Source of the DNA: a virus
Taxonomy: Duplodnaviria > Caudoviricetes
Strand: one strand, 5' to 3'
IMG/VR virus record: IMGVR_UViG_3300030372_002499
Location: 1-46,377 of that record
Length of the DNA stretch: 46,377 nt
In this document: positions 28,418 through 38,632 of the stretch, piece after piece
Layout of the letters: every line of letters begins with the position of its first letter
Position numbering within the stretch: the first letter of the stretch is position 1
Notes under the pieces: generated by a model
What the model was told of the DNA's origin: nothing
Database searches by the model: none
What the model saw: the letters and a program-made list of their open reading frames with translations, nothing else
Position numbers and translations under genes: made by a program

Positions 28418-29938
28418 TTATCCTTGAATTAACATAAAGTTGTTAGCACCTTGAGTAACTAAACATCTTTCTGATAACATATGAATTTGCATCGCGTCAA
28501 GTGCAGATGTAGCAGCACCAACTGAACCAGTAACCCAAGTTTTCATTTTTCTATTGTCAGTTTGTGAAGCTCTATATCTAACATGTAAAAATGGTCTCTT
28601 AAGGTTCTTACCTAACATTTGGTCATAAACAGTTGATGTACCAGCTGGAACAACAACACCTCTAATTGCGTTAGCAGTGTTAGCAGCGTTAATACCACCT
28701 CTAGTAGCTAAGTCATTTAAGTATCTAAAGTCAGATTTGTAGAAGTCATAAGAACCTCTTCTAAATCCAGAGAAACCTAAATTAAGTGCCATATCTTCAG
28801 AGTTGTTAAACACTCCGTAAGAAGTACCACCAGCTCCATAAGAATTCATAGAAGCAAGCATGTCGTCAAATGCTAAAGAAGTTTGTCTATTTAAGAATAA
28901 CATGTTTTCTTCAATAGCTCCTTGTTTATCAAATTCAGCTAAAATGTTGTCGAATTCAGCTAAATCATCAGTAGCACTAACACCATCAATTCCAGAAGTT
29001 AAGTTACCTCTTGAAGTGATAGCAGCAAATAAACCTTCAGTACCTACGTTTCCAGCACCAGCAGCAGAACCTGCAACAAGAGCGTTACCATCGATTTGAG
29101 AGTCAGCAAGGTTTAATTCACCTTCTAACATTGCCATTTCTAAGTAATCAGTAAATCTAGCTCTAGTATCAGCCTCAGCTTTTAAGTACCATAAGTAACC
29201 TGATTGACCCATTTCTCCAGTAACTTCAACCCAACCAACTCTAGCTGTATCAGAACCTGATACTTCGTAGTAATCTTTCATGATAATCGGTTTGTTAGTA
29301 AAAGTTTGGAAAGAAGGCTCGTTACCACCTCTTGAATCAGTAGCGGCATCGTTGGCAGCGTTGTTATAGCTATCTCCTTTACCGTATTCAGAACCATAAA
29401 CTAATATAGTTGTATCTCTAGTTCCACCAGTAGTTGTAATACCAGCAGTGTTTAATGATGCAAAGTCGTAAGGTAAAACGTCGATCATAGAACCTGTATC
29501 AACAGCTTCTACTAAACATCTTACAACACCTTCAGAGTTTGCAACGATAACCGTATCGTTAACTCTAATACCGTGATTTGCGCCTATGTCGTTTCCATCG
29601 ATGTCTGTTTCAATTTCGATTTGACCACCAGAAGCAGTACCACCTGTAGCACCTTCTATATGTCCTAAATAAGACAAGTGTAAACGACCTTGCTCAGACC
29701 AAACAACTTGGTCAGCAGCCATCGCTTCTTCAGCTCCAACTTGTGATAAGAAACCTGAAATAGTTCTCGGTCCGAAAACTTCAGCTTCTTTCTCCATTAG
29801 ATCTGGTAAATATTGTTGGGCCCACGTTGTATCTGTAGCACCCGTAAAGTCTAGGTAATTTGTAGATAGTGCTTGCGGCACTGGAGCCGGTACACTATTC
29901 AAATTAGGCCCAGCAGTTTGATTAATTCCTGTTGCCAT
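28418..29938 (-). CDS. Major capsid protein
   Basis: 506 aa after portal and scaffold; VVWSEQGRLH, NKPIIMKDYYEVSGSD, GTEGLFAAI, LNLGFSGFRRGSYDFYK and LSERCL motifs typical of flavobacterial podovirus capsids; followed by a terminator-like hairpin. Confidence 0.85.
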   Translation of the reverse strand: MATGINQTAGPNLNSVPAPVPQALSTNYLDFTGATDTTWAQQYLPDLMEKEAEVFGPRTISGFLSQVGAEEAMAADQVVWSEQGRLHLSYLGHIEGATGGTASGGQIEIETDIDGNDIGANHGIRVNDTVIVANSEGVVRCLVEAVDTGSMIDVLPYDFASLNTAGITTTGGTRDTTILVYGSEYGKGDSYNNAANDAATDSRGGNEPSFQTFTNKPIIMKDYYEVSGSDTARVGWVEVTGEMGQSGYLWYLKAEADTRARFTDYLEMAMLEGELNLADSQIDGNALVAGSAAGAGNVGTEGLFAAITSRGNLTSGIDGVSATDDLAEFDNILAEFDKQGAIEENMLFLNRQTSLAFDDMLASMNSYGAGGTSYGVFNNSEDMALNLGFSGFRRGSYDFYKSDFRYLNDLATRGGINAANTANAIRGVVVPAGTSTVYDQMLGKNLKRPFLHVRYRASQTDNRKMKTWVTGSVGAATSALDAMQIHMLSERCLVTQGANNFMLIQG

Positions 29939-29951
29939 AATTTTTTAATTT

Positions 29952-31136
29952 TTATTTTTTAGTTTTAATTTTAAATTTGAAATCAGGGCCGTCATCATTT
30001 AGAACTCTTGCTTTAAACCCGCTAGTATTCACGTTCTCGACGTGAGATTGTCTAGGATCCATACTTACATTTTTAGATTTAGCAATGCTGTCTTTTAAAG
30101 CGTCAGCTCTACCTTGTTCATAAAAATGATTAGCAATTTGATCAGGATTCATAGCTGTAAAAAGTCCTTTGTGATAACCAGTTGCATCTTCCATTGCTTC
30201 TTCTTTATTCAGAAACTTTCCTATAAAGTTGTTAATGTCACTTTGCGTAGTTTTCACTTTGTCAGCGTCTTTTATATTGAACCTAAATTTCTTGTCTCCA
30301 ACTTTGTATTCAAAACCTTTGAATTGTTCATTAAAGACAGCTTCTGTTTTAGTTCTAAAAATATCTGACATCTTTTGATTAGTTGCCGATCTCTTGTTGT
30401 ACTCGTTGAAGTAATCCATAGCTTTTTGTTGCTCTTCAGTGAGTTTACTTCCAGCTTTGATATCTTCATAATATTTGGATTTTACACTTTCCAAGTGTTG
30501 CTTTGCAGAAGCAACTTGCTCCTTCATAGCTAATTTTTTTCTTTTTATTTCTTTGTCATCATCCACGTTCTCATCAAAAGCAAAAGTATCTTCCATAACA
30601 AATTCTACTTCTTCTTCTGATAAATGAGGTCTAGTTGATTTATAATATTCTTTTAATAAAGCGTGATTATCTAATTCTGAATAGTCTTGATTAAGTTTTA
30701 AATAATCGCTTAAATCACCACCAGTGTCATCCATAAAGTCCATTAATTTTTGAATGTTCTCTGGTAAATCTTTTCCGGTTTCTATAGATTCAGCTATAGT
30801 TTGTTCTATAACTTCTGTAACTTTTTCTTCATTTGTTACTTCTTCTACAACTGGAGTTTCTTGTGTTTCAACTTCCGGTTGTACTTCTTCTTGTTCTTGT
30901 GTGGCCCCGGCGTCCTCAACGATCTCAACCACTCTTGAGTCGTCAGTACTATCGTTTGTAACTTCTTCTTTGGTTTCATTTGTTTCTTCTGGTTTTTTAG
31001 TTAAATCAACTTTAGTCACGGTTTTTAAATCCTCAGCTGGTTTTTTCATTTTAGTTGTAACTTTAGTAACATCCCCTTTAGGTTCGTTTACTTTAGGAGT
31101 CTCTTCGACTACTTCTTCTTTTTTCTTTTTTGCCAT
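29952..31136 (-). CDS. Putative capsid scaffolding protein
   Basis: Highly acidic, E/V/T-rich disordered N-terminus and helical C-terminus; lies between portal and capsid genes. Confidence 0.6.
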   Translation of the reverse strand: MAKKKKEEVVEETPKVNEPKGDVTKVTTKMKKPAEDLKTVTKVDLTKKPEETNETKEEVTNDSTDDSRVVEIVEDAGATQEQEEVQPEVETQETPVVEEVTNEEKVTEVIEQTIAESIETGKDLPENIQKLMDFMDDTGGDLSDYLKLNQDYSELDNHALLKEYYKSTRPHLSEEEVEFVMEDTFAFDENVDDDKEIKRKKLAMKEQVASAKQHLESVKSKYYEDIKAGSKLTEEQQKAMDYFNEYNKRSATNQKMSDIFRTKTEAVFNEQFKGFEYKVGDKKFRFNIKDADKVKTTQSDINNFIGKFLNKEEAMEDATGYHKGLFTAMNPDQIANHFYEQGRADALKDSIAKSKNVSMDPRQSHVENVNTSGFKARVLNDDGPDFKFKIKTKK

Positions 31137-31164
31137 AATATAATATAATAATAGTTAATAATTG

Positions 31165-33564
31165 TTATCTAGGACCAAAGCTCGACATATCACCTACACC
31201 TCCTAATATATCATTACCTGATGATTCAAAGTTTTTAGGTGGTTTATTGTTATTTCTTTGGTCTATAAGTTCACTTTGTTGTGTAGCTTGTATTTTTGTT
31301 CTTCTATCTTTACGATCTTCTTTTTGTTTTTCAGAATCTACTTTTTGCTGCGTCTCAGTTCCTTTTAACTGCATGTTATATTGAAACTCTTGTTCCATTA
31401 ACATTTTCTTAATTTCAGCTTCTTGATACAGTTTTTCAATTTCAAATTGATTTTTAGCTTGTTCTATAGATATTGTCGTTTGAGCTAATGACTGATTTTT
31501 TTGAACCTCTGCTTGAGCAGCAGCTTGTGTTTGTTGAGCGTTAGCTTGTGCTTGAGCCATCATGTTTTCTTGTTGTAACTGTTGATCTCTTTGTATTTTG
31601 TTTTTTCTTCTTATTTTTAATAATTGGTTAGCTAACTTAACATTTTTAATATCTCTTAAATCAATAGCGTCTTCTAGTTCTATATTTTGCTGTCCTAAAG
31701 CCACTTGGATATTTTGTTCTAATATAGCCTTTTCTTCCTCGTCTGGTGTTAATTCTATAAATATACCAAAGTCATAAAGATGTAACTGTGTCATTTCTTT
31801 TAATGCAGCTACATTGTGAGCGCCTACTGCTTGTATAAAGGCTTCTCTTGTTGGAGAATATTCTATAATATCAGATATTCTGAGAGATAAACACTCGCAA
31901 ACTTCTGCTGTTAAAAATAAACCTCCTTGTAATATATGCCTAGTAGCGGTATTACTATTTGCCGCTGCCATTTTTTGAACACCCACTAAAGCTTTAGGAT
32001 CTGGAGTAGCAGCGTCTCTAGCTTCGTTTAGTCCGGTTACATCTCTTATCATCTGTAGATAGTAATTATAATTACCGATAAGTGATTGTAATTTTTGTCC
32101 TCCACTTCCAGATTGTATTTCTTGTATTGGTACTTTACCAGGATTCATATCACCTTCTGATGTGTATGATCTACCAATAACAGAACCTGTTTGGAAGAAC
32201 ATGTTTAAAGCTTCTTGTGGATTATAGTTTGTTCCGTTACCTAAATCTATTTCAGCTAAACCATCAGCGTCCAGATAAACACCATCTGGAACCATTCTTG
32301 ATAATACCTGCTGAAGTTTAAGATGAGTTAATTGTATCATGTCAGCAAAACCAGTTATTCTGCTAACCAAACTTTCTATTCTACCATCGTACATTCTAGG
32401 CGCACATATAGCGTAATTCATTTTTACTTTAGTATAATCACTTTTAGGACGCATCATGTTTTTGGCCATTTCCCATTTAAGTAGCTTTTTAGTACCTAAA
32501 ACTAAAGCGCCATCATATAGACATTCTACTTTTCTAGATTCCATTGAAAAATTTTCACTTTCTCCAGGATTAAAAGTATCATCTTTTTCTATAGCCTTAT
32601 CTGCTCCAGTAGCAGTCTCTTTCATTTTATAAACCTCAGACATGTAGGTTTTATAATTAAAGTATAAAACTTTTACTTTATTATTATCATTTTCTCCTTC
32701 TCTAAACCTATTATTATCGTATTTTCCTTGATTTTGGTTATTGTAATTAGTTATTTCTTTTAAATCTTCCTGTGTTAAATGAGGAAATTGTTTAATCAAT
32801 TCATTTACTGGTAATGTTTTAACCTCACCACAGTAATATATGTCATTGAAATAAGGGGAGTTAGTGTAAGAATAAACAAGATTTGCAGGATCAACATAAT
32901 CTATAGTAACACCTTCAGAAGTATTGTAACAGGTTTTTACTGCCCCAATACCTAAGACAGTTAGATCGTAGTAAAATCTCTTTTTAATTAATTCATAGCT
33001 ATTACCTTCTAACAAAGTGTTTATAGCTTGTTCTTCTGCTATTTCTACAGCTTGCTTATAGTCTAACTGCATATGAAGATCTAATTCTTCTTGAGAATCT
33101 GGTAATAAATCTGGGTTTTTACTAAATAAATCCAAACCAAATTCTTCTTTAACGAACGCTTTTAAATCTTTAGTTCGCATATCTTCCATAATTTTATCCA
33201 TGTATTGAGTTCTTTTACTGACTCCAAATGGATCTTGAGAGAATACTTTTACATCGTACATTCTTTCGGCGATACCGTTAACTACGATATCTACGAATTT
33301 AGGAATTATCGGAACTGGTTTCCAATCTAAATTTAAATATGATAAATCACCATTAATAGAAAGTTCATTTTTATATTTTTCTATAGATTGTTCTCCTCTA
33401 GCATATAATCTTAAATTATGAAAATTGTTTCTATTGTGTATATATCTATTACTATAGTTATCTTTATCAAACCATTCTCCTTCTATAGCTTGAGCCACTT
33501 TGAGTCCATACTCATAGCTTATTTTCTCTACATCACTAACTACCTGACTTGGAAATTGTCTCAT
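31165..33564 (-). CDS. Portal protein
   Basis: 799 aa directly after the terminase; LDWKPVPIIPKFVDIVVNG, IRDVTGLNEARD, YDFGIFIEL motifs and a Gln-rich C-terminal coiled coil. Confidence 0.85.
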   Translation of the reverse strand: MRQFPSQVVSDVEKISYEYGLKVAQAIEGEWFDKDNYSNRYIHNRNNFHNLRLYARGEQSIEKYKNELSINGDLSYLNLDWKPVPIIPKFVDIVVNGIAERMYDVKVFSQDPFGVSKRTQYMDKIMEDMRTKDLKAFVKEEFGLDLFSKNPDLLPDSQEELDLHMQLDYKQAVEIAEEQAINTLLEGNSYELIKKRFYYDLTVLGIGAVKTCYNTSEGVTIDYVDPANLVYSYTNSPYFNDIYYCGEVKTLPVNELIKQFPHLTQEDLKEITNYNNQNQGKYDNNRFREGENDNNKVKVLYFNYKTYMSEVYKMKETATGADKAIEKDDTFNPGESENFSMESRKVECLYDGALVLGTKKLLKWEMAKNMMRPKSDYTKVKMNYAICAPRMYDGRIESLVSRITGFADMIQLTHLKLQQVLSRMVPDGVYLDADGLAEIDLGNGTNYNPQEALNMFFQTGSVIGRSYTSEGDMNPGKVPIQEIQSGSGGQKLQSLIGNYNYYLQMIRDVTGLNEARDAATPDPKALVGVQKMAAANSNTATRHILQGGLFLTAEVCECLSLRISDIIEYSPTREAFIQAVGAHNVAALKEMTQLHLYDFGIFIELTPDEEEKAILEQNIQVALGQQNIELEDAIDLRDIKNVKLANQLLKIRRKNKIQRDQQLQQENMMAQAQANAQQTQAAAQAEVQKNQSLAQTTISIEQAKNQFEIEKLYQEAEIKKMLMEQEFQYNMQLKGTETQQKVDSEKQKEDRKDRRTKIQATQQSELIDQRNNNKPPKNFESSGNDILGGVGDMSSFGPR

Positions 33565-33565
33565 A

Positions 33566-35782
33566 TTAATTCTTTATTATCTTTGAAGTACTACCTTTGT
33601 TGGAATATTTAGCAATACTTATATTCAATTTTGGTTTCTCTATATTTGCATTAGGTCTATAAAGATGTCTGTTACAAGCCATTATTGCTAATCCAGAACT
33701 TATAGTCGCATCATGCTTTGTTCTTTTTGTTATATCAAATCTACTCCAATCATTTAATGTCTCGTTGAAATATATGTTTCCATAAACACCATCTTGTAAA
33801 TGACCCACGTGTTGCTGTATATACATTTCAATAGCTGCCGCGTGAGCTTGTTTTATATCTTCACTAGAGTTTGGTATACCACCTATTTCTTTTTCTGCTA
33901 CAGATAATTTGTTCCAAACTTTGTCAGGTCTATTCATAGAATATCCCCTATATCCTCTTCTTCTTAAATGATATAACAATCTAGGTTTGTTATTCTCACA
34001 TAACAGTGGCATTCCATAAAATACCAACGCCATTAAAACATCTTCAAAAAATATCTCAGCCGTTTGTGGTCTAGCTACATATTCTAAAAAGAAATGATTA
34101 GGAGGGCAATCTTCCATTGAAAACTTTGTCAATCCATGTAAAGCCCCGTTAGATCCCTTACCATCAACCGTTCCTGATATATCGTAACTATCACAACCAA
34201 AAGCGCCCATGTGTTCATTGGCAGGATATCTTATACCGTTCTTAACAACAACTTTATTCTGCATGTGAGATGGTGGAAACCAACTTACCTTAAATCTTCC
34301 TTTTGGATCAGGATAAAATATTACCTGCGTGTCTTTAACTCCATTAACCCACTGAAAATTACCTCTAGATATTATTGAAGAATTACCTACACCTTCGTTG
34401 TAATCTATCTGTTCGTATATTTTTACTAAGTTAAATATACTATTTTTAGCTTCATCTCTAAATGCATGTTCTGTAGTTCTTGGAAATTGTCTATAGAACT
34501 CATTAAGGGCATCATGGTCTTGTTTTAATCCTTCAGCTTCGTTTTCCCAGTGTTCTATTATTCCGTAATCTATTAATTCACCATCTGGTCCGAGTACATC
34601 ATCGTCTGGATTATTGAATACTGGATATCCGTATTCATCAATAAATCCTTCGTAGTTCCATTCCATTGGGATAAACAAAGAATATAAACCAGATTTTGTC
34701 TGTCCATTTCTATTTCTTGAAGTAACGTCTGATGCATTGTATAGTTTTTTAAAGTTATCACCTCCTTTGTCAAGGGCGTTTGATGTTGAACCCATCATAC
34801 ATTTTCCTACTATTCTACTACCTAATCTTAAACAGGTTTTTGTAACTCTCCAGTTGTTTAATATATTGTCTGGTCTTTCCCACTTACCACTTTCGTCATG
34901 AACTAATAAACTTAGTTTTTCCCCATCATAACTATTGTCTCCTGTGTTCTTCCAATCTATTGTTGTGTCTAATCCTTTAATATCTTCGAGCTGTTCGTTC
35001 GCCGTAATCTTCTTTCTCGTAAACTTACTAGCGGGAACACGATAAGCCAACTCGGATTTTGGACGATCCATTCCATCTTGTATAGGTTTAAAAAAGAACG
35101 GATAGTTAATTGATATAGGAACAACCTTATCTGTAAACATTTTTTTAGCATCTGCACCTGTTTTTGATAATATACCATATCTACTATCACTTGATATTGT
35201 GGCTAAATTAACTGTTTCTGCACTTGACATAAAAGAAAATCCTGATCTACGGTTTTTAAGGTAACACATTCCGTAACATCTTTTATCCGCTTTACAAGCC
35301 TCCCAGAATATATAGAACAGTCTATTAGCTTCTCTATAATCTGGAGCTCCAACGTCAATCTTACTCCATTGTAAATACATATAGTGCGTACCGGTTATCC
35401 AGGTTGGTTTACCATTATTCATAAACCAGAAACCCTCTTCTCGACGTTTAAATTCCTCGTCTATATAATCGTACCATTTTTCTTTATTGTTTTCCGGATA
35501 ACCCCTCCAATCGAATATGTTTTTAATCCTTTCGAGCTCTTTAGGATATTCCTGCTTAACCCACTTATTCTTTGGATGTTTATATACTTCTTTAGGTGGT
35601 TTCGGTAGCGCTATAATTAAATTTTGAATCTCTATAATTTCACCTATAATTCCATTATGTGACAACACAATTAAATCGTGTTCTTTATTGTAGCCGTATT
35701 TCCACTTTTTACCACGATTCATTCTAGTGATCGTAGTTCTTTTAATAGGCTCTACAGTTTTAACTAAACTTTGCTTGTACAT
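33566..35782 (-). CDS. terL: Terminase large subunit
   Basis: Walker A-like LKNRRSGFS, Walker B LLVHDESGKW, motif III GSTSN, RNase H-like nuclease FGCDSYD...HDATISSG. Confidence 0.9.
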   Translation of the reverse strand: MYKQSLVKTVEPIKRTTITRMNRGKKWKYGYNKEHDLIVLSHNGIIGEIIEIQNLIIALPKPPKEVYKHPKNKWVKQEYPKELERIKNIFDWRGYPENNKEKWYDYIDEEFKRREEGFWFMNNGKPTWITGTHYMYLQWSKIDVGAPDYREANRLFYIFWEACKADKRCYGMCYLKNRRSGFSFMSSAETVNLATISSDSRYGILSKTGADAKKMFTDKVVPISINYPFFFKPIQDGMDRPKSELAYRVPASKFTRKKITANEQLEDIKGLDTTIDWKNTGDNSYDGEKLSLLVHDESGKWERPDNILNNWRVTKTCLRLGSRIVGKCMMGSTSNALDKGGDNFKKLYNASDVTSRNRNGQTKSGLYSLFIPMEWNYEGFIDEYGYPVFNNPDDDVLGPDGELIDYGIIEHWENEAEGLKQDHDALNEFYRQFPRTTEHAFRDEAKNSIFNLVKIYEQIDYNEGVGNSSIISRGNFQWVNGVKDTQVIFYPDPKGRFKVSWFPPSHMQNKVVVKNGIRYPANEHMGAFGCDSYDISGTVDGKGSNGALHGLTKFSMEDCPPNHFFLEYVARPQTAEIFFEDVLMALVFYGMPLLCENNKPRLLYHLRRRGYRGYSMNRPDKVWNKLSVAEKEIGGIPNSSEDIKQAHAAAIEMYIQQHVGHLQDGVYGNIYFNETLNDWSRFDITKRTKHDATISSGLAIMACNRHLYRPNANIEKPKLNISIAKYSNKGSTSKIIKN

Positions 35783-36057
35783 TACTTAGATCTACCTTCT
35801 GCGAATCCTTTAAAGACCGTTTTCTTTCCCTCTTCAGGTGCTTTGCCCTCAAGCAGGTTTTCTTCTTCTTGGATTCTTGTAAGTATTTCGAATGCGTCAA
35901 ATATAGCTAGTTTTTTAGTAGCCGCGGCATTTTTTAATCTATCTGCTGATATATCGTCATCACTGTCTACGATAGGTTCTTTTGCAACCTTAATCAGTTC
36001 TTCCACTGCTTTCTGCCCAGCTTGGATTATATTCTTCTTCGTTTCCTTGGTATTCAT
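35782..36057 (-). CDS. Small helical protein immediately upstream of terL (candidate terminase small subunit)
   Basis: 91 aa; its stop overlaps the terL start (TAATG). Role inferred from position only. Confidence 0.5.
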   Translation of the reverse strand: MNTKETKKNIIQAGQKAVEELIKVAKEPIVDSDDDISADRLKNAAATKKLAIFDAFEILTRIQEEENLLEGKAPEEGKKTVFKGFAEGRSK

Positions 36058-36592
36058 ATTTAATTGTAATAAATTTAGTCATAACTCTATACAGTCTTTT
36101 CCCGTCAATAATAAACTCGTATGTTGAAGAAGGTGTAAAACCCACTAACTCTTCTTTATCGTGCGCACCGTCTGTATATTTTACAATACCTATACAACGC
36201 TCTTCTTCTTCGTGTTCAAACTGTTTTCGGTTTTTAATTGGCTGCACAAAACAATATCCTTTTGGCGCTTTCCATTCACCGTTTCTATTATATAAAAATA
36301 CTTGATCTTTTGTTACAATATAAGTATTTTCATCAAAATAGCTCTTACTATTTTTTTCGTTACCTCTAATGTCGTGCCAACGCCTAAACACATTGTGATG
36401 CGTTATAATAGTATCTCCTGGTTTTATTTCTGTTTCAAAAGCTGTAGGAACTGATTTAACAATAGCCTCTCTATTAACAAATTGATGATTATAAACTTCC
36501 GTGTTTAATATTAAGTCTTTCTCACCAATTTTTTTAGTATTATTATATCTATTTCCTTTTGGCTCTATAACAAAGTCAAAAGGCGCTTTCAT
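35990..36592 (-). CDS. Tandem GroES-like domain protein
   Basis: FVIEP...DLIL...EAIVKSVP...IKPGDTII resembles one GroES fold; CFVQPI...GIVKY...IIDGKRLYRV resembles a second. Confidence 0.55.
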   Translation of the reverse strand: MKAPFDFVIEPKGNRYNNTKKIGEKDLILNTEVYNHQFVNREAIVKSVPTAFETEIKPGDTIITHHNVFRRWHDIRGNEKNSKSYFDENTYIVTKDQVFLYNRNGEWKAPKGYCFVQPIKNRKQFEHEEEERCIGIVKYTDGAHDKEELVGFTPSSTYEFIIDGKRLYRVMTKFITIKYEYQGNEEEYNPSWAESSGRTD

Positions 36593-36813
36593 TAGTATTC
36601 CAAATTATACTCTACAGATATAGCCATGTTTTTGTTAAAGTCTTTCCAAGGTAGAACATCTTTATTCTTTTTAATATATATAGAGTATTTATCTTTTTCT
36701 TCTAATATATCAGATATAGTATGTCCACCATAAACTTCTTGACCAACAGCATAATGCATAGCGTCGTTCTTATAATCCTTGCCTACAGTAATTTTTCTAA
36801 TTAGCTTGCTCAT
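36592..36813 (-). CDS. Hypothetical protein (73 aa)
   Basis: Translationally coupled to both neighbours; IRKITVGKDYKNDAMHYAVGQ. Confidence 0.7.
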   Translation of the reverse strand: MSKLIRKITVGKDYKNDAMHYAVGQEVYGGHTISDILEEKDKYSIYIKKNKDVLPWKDFNKNMAISVEYNLEY

Positions 36814-37063
36814 CGTGATTTATTTCTCCAGTATGGATATTGATATTATCAGTACCATACTCTTTCTTTAAGTCTTTTTGTATTCTAGCTAATTCAACCT
36901 GAAAAGTCTTTACATGATCTAATATAGCTTGTTTTCTAGTCTCTAAACTACCAACCTCCATTTGACCTCTATTAAGATTGTTGATTACGTCTTGCATTTT
37001 ACTTAAATGCTCATTACTAATTTTTGTTGGTTTCTCAACCTTTTTTGTTTTTCTTTTTGCCAT
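36797..37063 (-). CDS. Small coiled-coil protein (88 aa)
   Basis: Heptad pattern ending EYGTDNINIHTGEI; AT-rich leader. Confidence 0.7.
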   Translation of the reverse strand: MAKRKTKKVEKPTKISNEHLSKMQDVINNLNRGQMEVGSLETRKQAILDHVKTFQVELARIQKDLKKEYGTDNINIHTGEINHDEQAN

Positions 37064-37088
37064 TTTATTTAATTTAATTGTTATTTAT

Positions 37089-37847
37089 TTAATACTGAAG
37101 TCCTAATCTTATTTTTATTGGACTTGCATGTACTAGTTCATCGTTATCTGTTATAGCTACTCCACTACCACTTTCTAATGTTATTAGGTTAGCACCAGCA
37201 GATTTAACTGTTCCTACAACTGTATCAGAGTCGTGTTTAAGTATTACATCCCCAGGGTTAAACACTTTATCAGCATCTGTACCATCTGTTACTAAAGCGG
37301 TGTCGCCGGCAGCAACATCATCTGCGTCGTTTAATAATACTCCTGTAGAAAAATCACCATCATAACTTGCTCCACCTACTACAGCTACATACAAAGTGTG
37401 GTCACCCTTATTTGTTCTCGCAGCTTCAAGAACTAAATTTGTATGGTTCATACTAGAATCTGTGTTAGTTGTACTAGCAGTAAGGATGCTAGCAAAATCT
37501 AATCTACCGTCATAATTAAGAAGATCTAATATAGTGTGCCCTAAAACATTGTTGTAAAAACCTTTTCCATTAACTGTAGTGTTACCAGTACCCAAAGAAG
37601 AAGGAGCCGTGCCATCTGCGTTTCCTTTGGCAAAATACACAACCATGTCTCTAGCTGTTTGAGGTGTTGCATCTTGACCAGCCACTAACAGTGTTAAAGA
37701 TTCTAGTTTTACAGTTCCTACAGGAACTTGAAAAGAGGTCCAATCGCAAATAACATCTCCCGCTGCAAAAGGTAGATCTGTTTTATTAGATTGTATCATT
37801 GTAGCCACAGCGGGCGTTGGTTTAATTAATCTTGAAATATATCCCAT
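37089..37847 (-). CDS. Putative structural/decoration protein (252 aa)
   Basis: Beta-rich T/G/D/A composition; no enzyme motif. Confidence 0.5.
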   Translation of the reverse strand: MGYISRLIKPTPAVATMIQSNKTDLPFAAGDVICDWTSFQVPVGTVKLESLTLLVAGQDATPQTARDMVVYFAKGNADGTAPSSLGTGNTTVNGKGFYNNVLGHTILDLLNYDGRLDFASILTASTTNTDSSMNHTNLVLEAARTNKGDHTLYVAVVGGASYDGDFSTGVLLNDADDVAAGDTALVTDGTDADKVFNPGDVILKHDSDTVVGTVKSAGANLITLESGSGVAITDNDELVHASPIKIRLGLQY

Positions 37848-37851
37848 TTTA

Positions 37852-38244
37852 TTATTTTTTTACTTTTTCTAGTGATCTACCACCAAAGTAGGCACCGATC
37901 ACGGTTATTAATACTAATTGTAATAGATCAACCCAAGTGTCTTTCACTTCAAAAGCAATAACGCCAGCATCAATAAATATCATTAATACTGTTGATACTA
38001 CTAAAAATATAAGAACTAAAGGCCTTATGTTTTTTGATAACCAAGAGTCTGAATTCATATCCATACCCCATCTGTTAGAAACTTCTTTTTGCATTTGAGC
38101 CTCGTAACCCATTATCATATCTTTTATTTTCTTTTCAGCTTCAAGCTTCTCTTCTTCAGATGTATGTAAGTTATCTATAACTCCACCTACACCCTTTACT
38201 AAATCCGCAGCTCCACCTGAAAATATTTTTCCTAATATATTCAT
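37852..38244 (-). CDS. Holin (3TM, gene-transfer-agent type)
   Basis: DSWLSKNIRPLVLIFL...VIGAYFGGRSLEK signature with two hydrophobic helices and an amphipathic N-terminus. Confidence 0.8.
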   Translation of the reverse strand: MNILGKIFSGGAADLVKGVGGVIDNLHTSEEEKLEAEKKIKDMIMGYEAQMQKEVSNRWGMDMNSDSWLSKNIRPLVLIFLVVSTVLMIFIDAGVIAFEVKDTWVDLLQLVLITVIGAYFGGRSLEKVKK

Positions 38245-38253
38245 AATTTAATT

Positions 38254-38619
38254 TTATTCGTAATAATCTTTTTTTTCCTTTTTAGACATTTTTTCCAATT
38301 CCTCTTTACTATGATCCGCGCCTTCAAAAGCTGGTTGCCATTTTTTAGTTTTCCCAAAATTTTGACTATATGGAGTTAGTCCTTCTCTTTGTACTTTTTG
38401 TATCTTTTTAGTATCTTCATAACCAGGATCTAAAGGTATAGTTTTGTCCTTGTCTACATACTGTTGATTTTTTCTAAGATATGCAGAAACGTTACCTTCT
38501 TTAACATCATCGTCCGTTGCGACAGGTCCTTCTTTATCTCTAAGTAAAAAATGTTTTTCTTTTTTTTGTTTTGCAGGAGAGTTTCCAAACCCGCCAAATC
38601 CTTTCATTTTATATCCCAT
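38254..38619 (-). CDS. Small basic protein with FKM/SPxK leader (start revised to 38619)
   Basis: MGYKMKGFGGFGNSPAKQ. ATG at 38619 removes the overlap with the upstream gene and follows an A-rich tract. Confidence 0.75.
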   Translation of the reverse strand: MGYKMKGFGGFGNSPAKQKKEKHFLLRDKEGPVATDDDVKEGNVSAYLRKNQQYVDKDKTIPLDPGYEDTKKIQKVQREGLTPYSQNFGKTKKWQPAFEGADHSKEELEKMSKKEKKDYYE

Positions 38620-38632
38620 AATTTGTTTTTTT

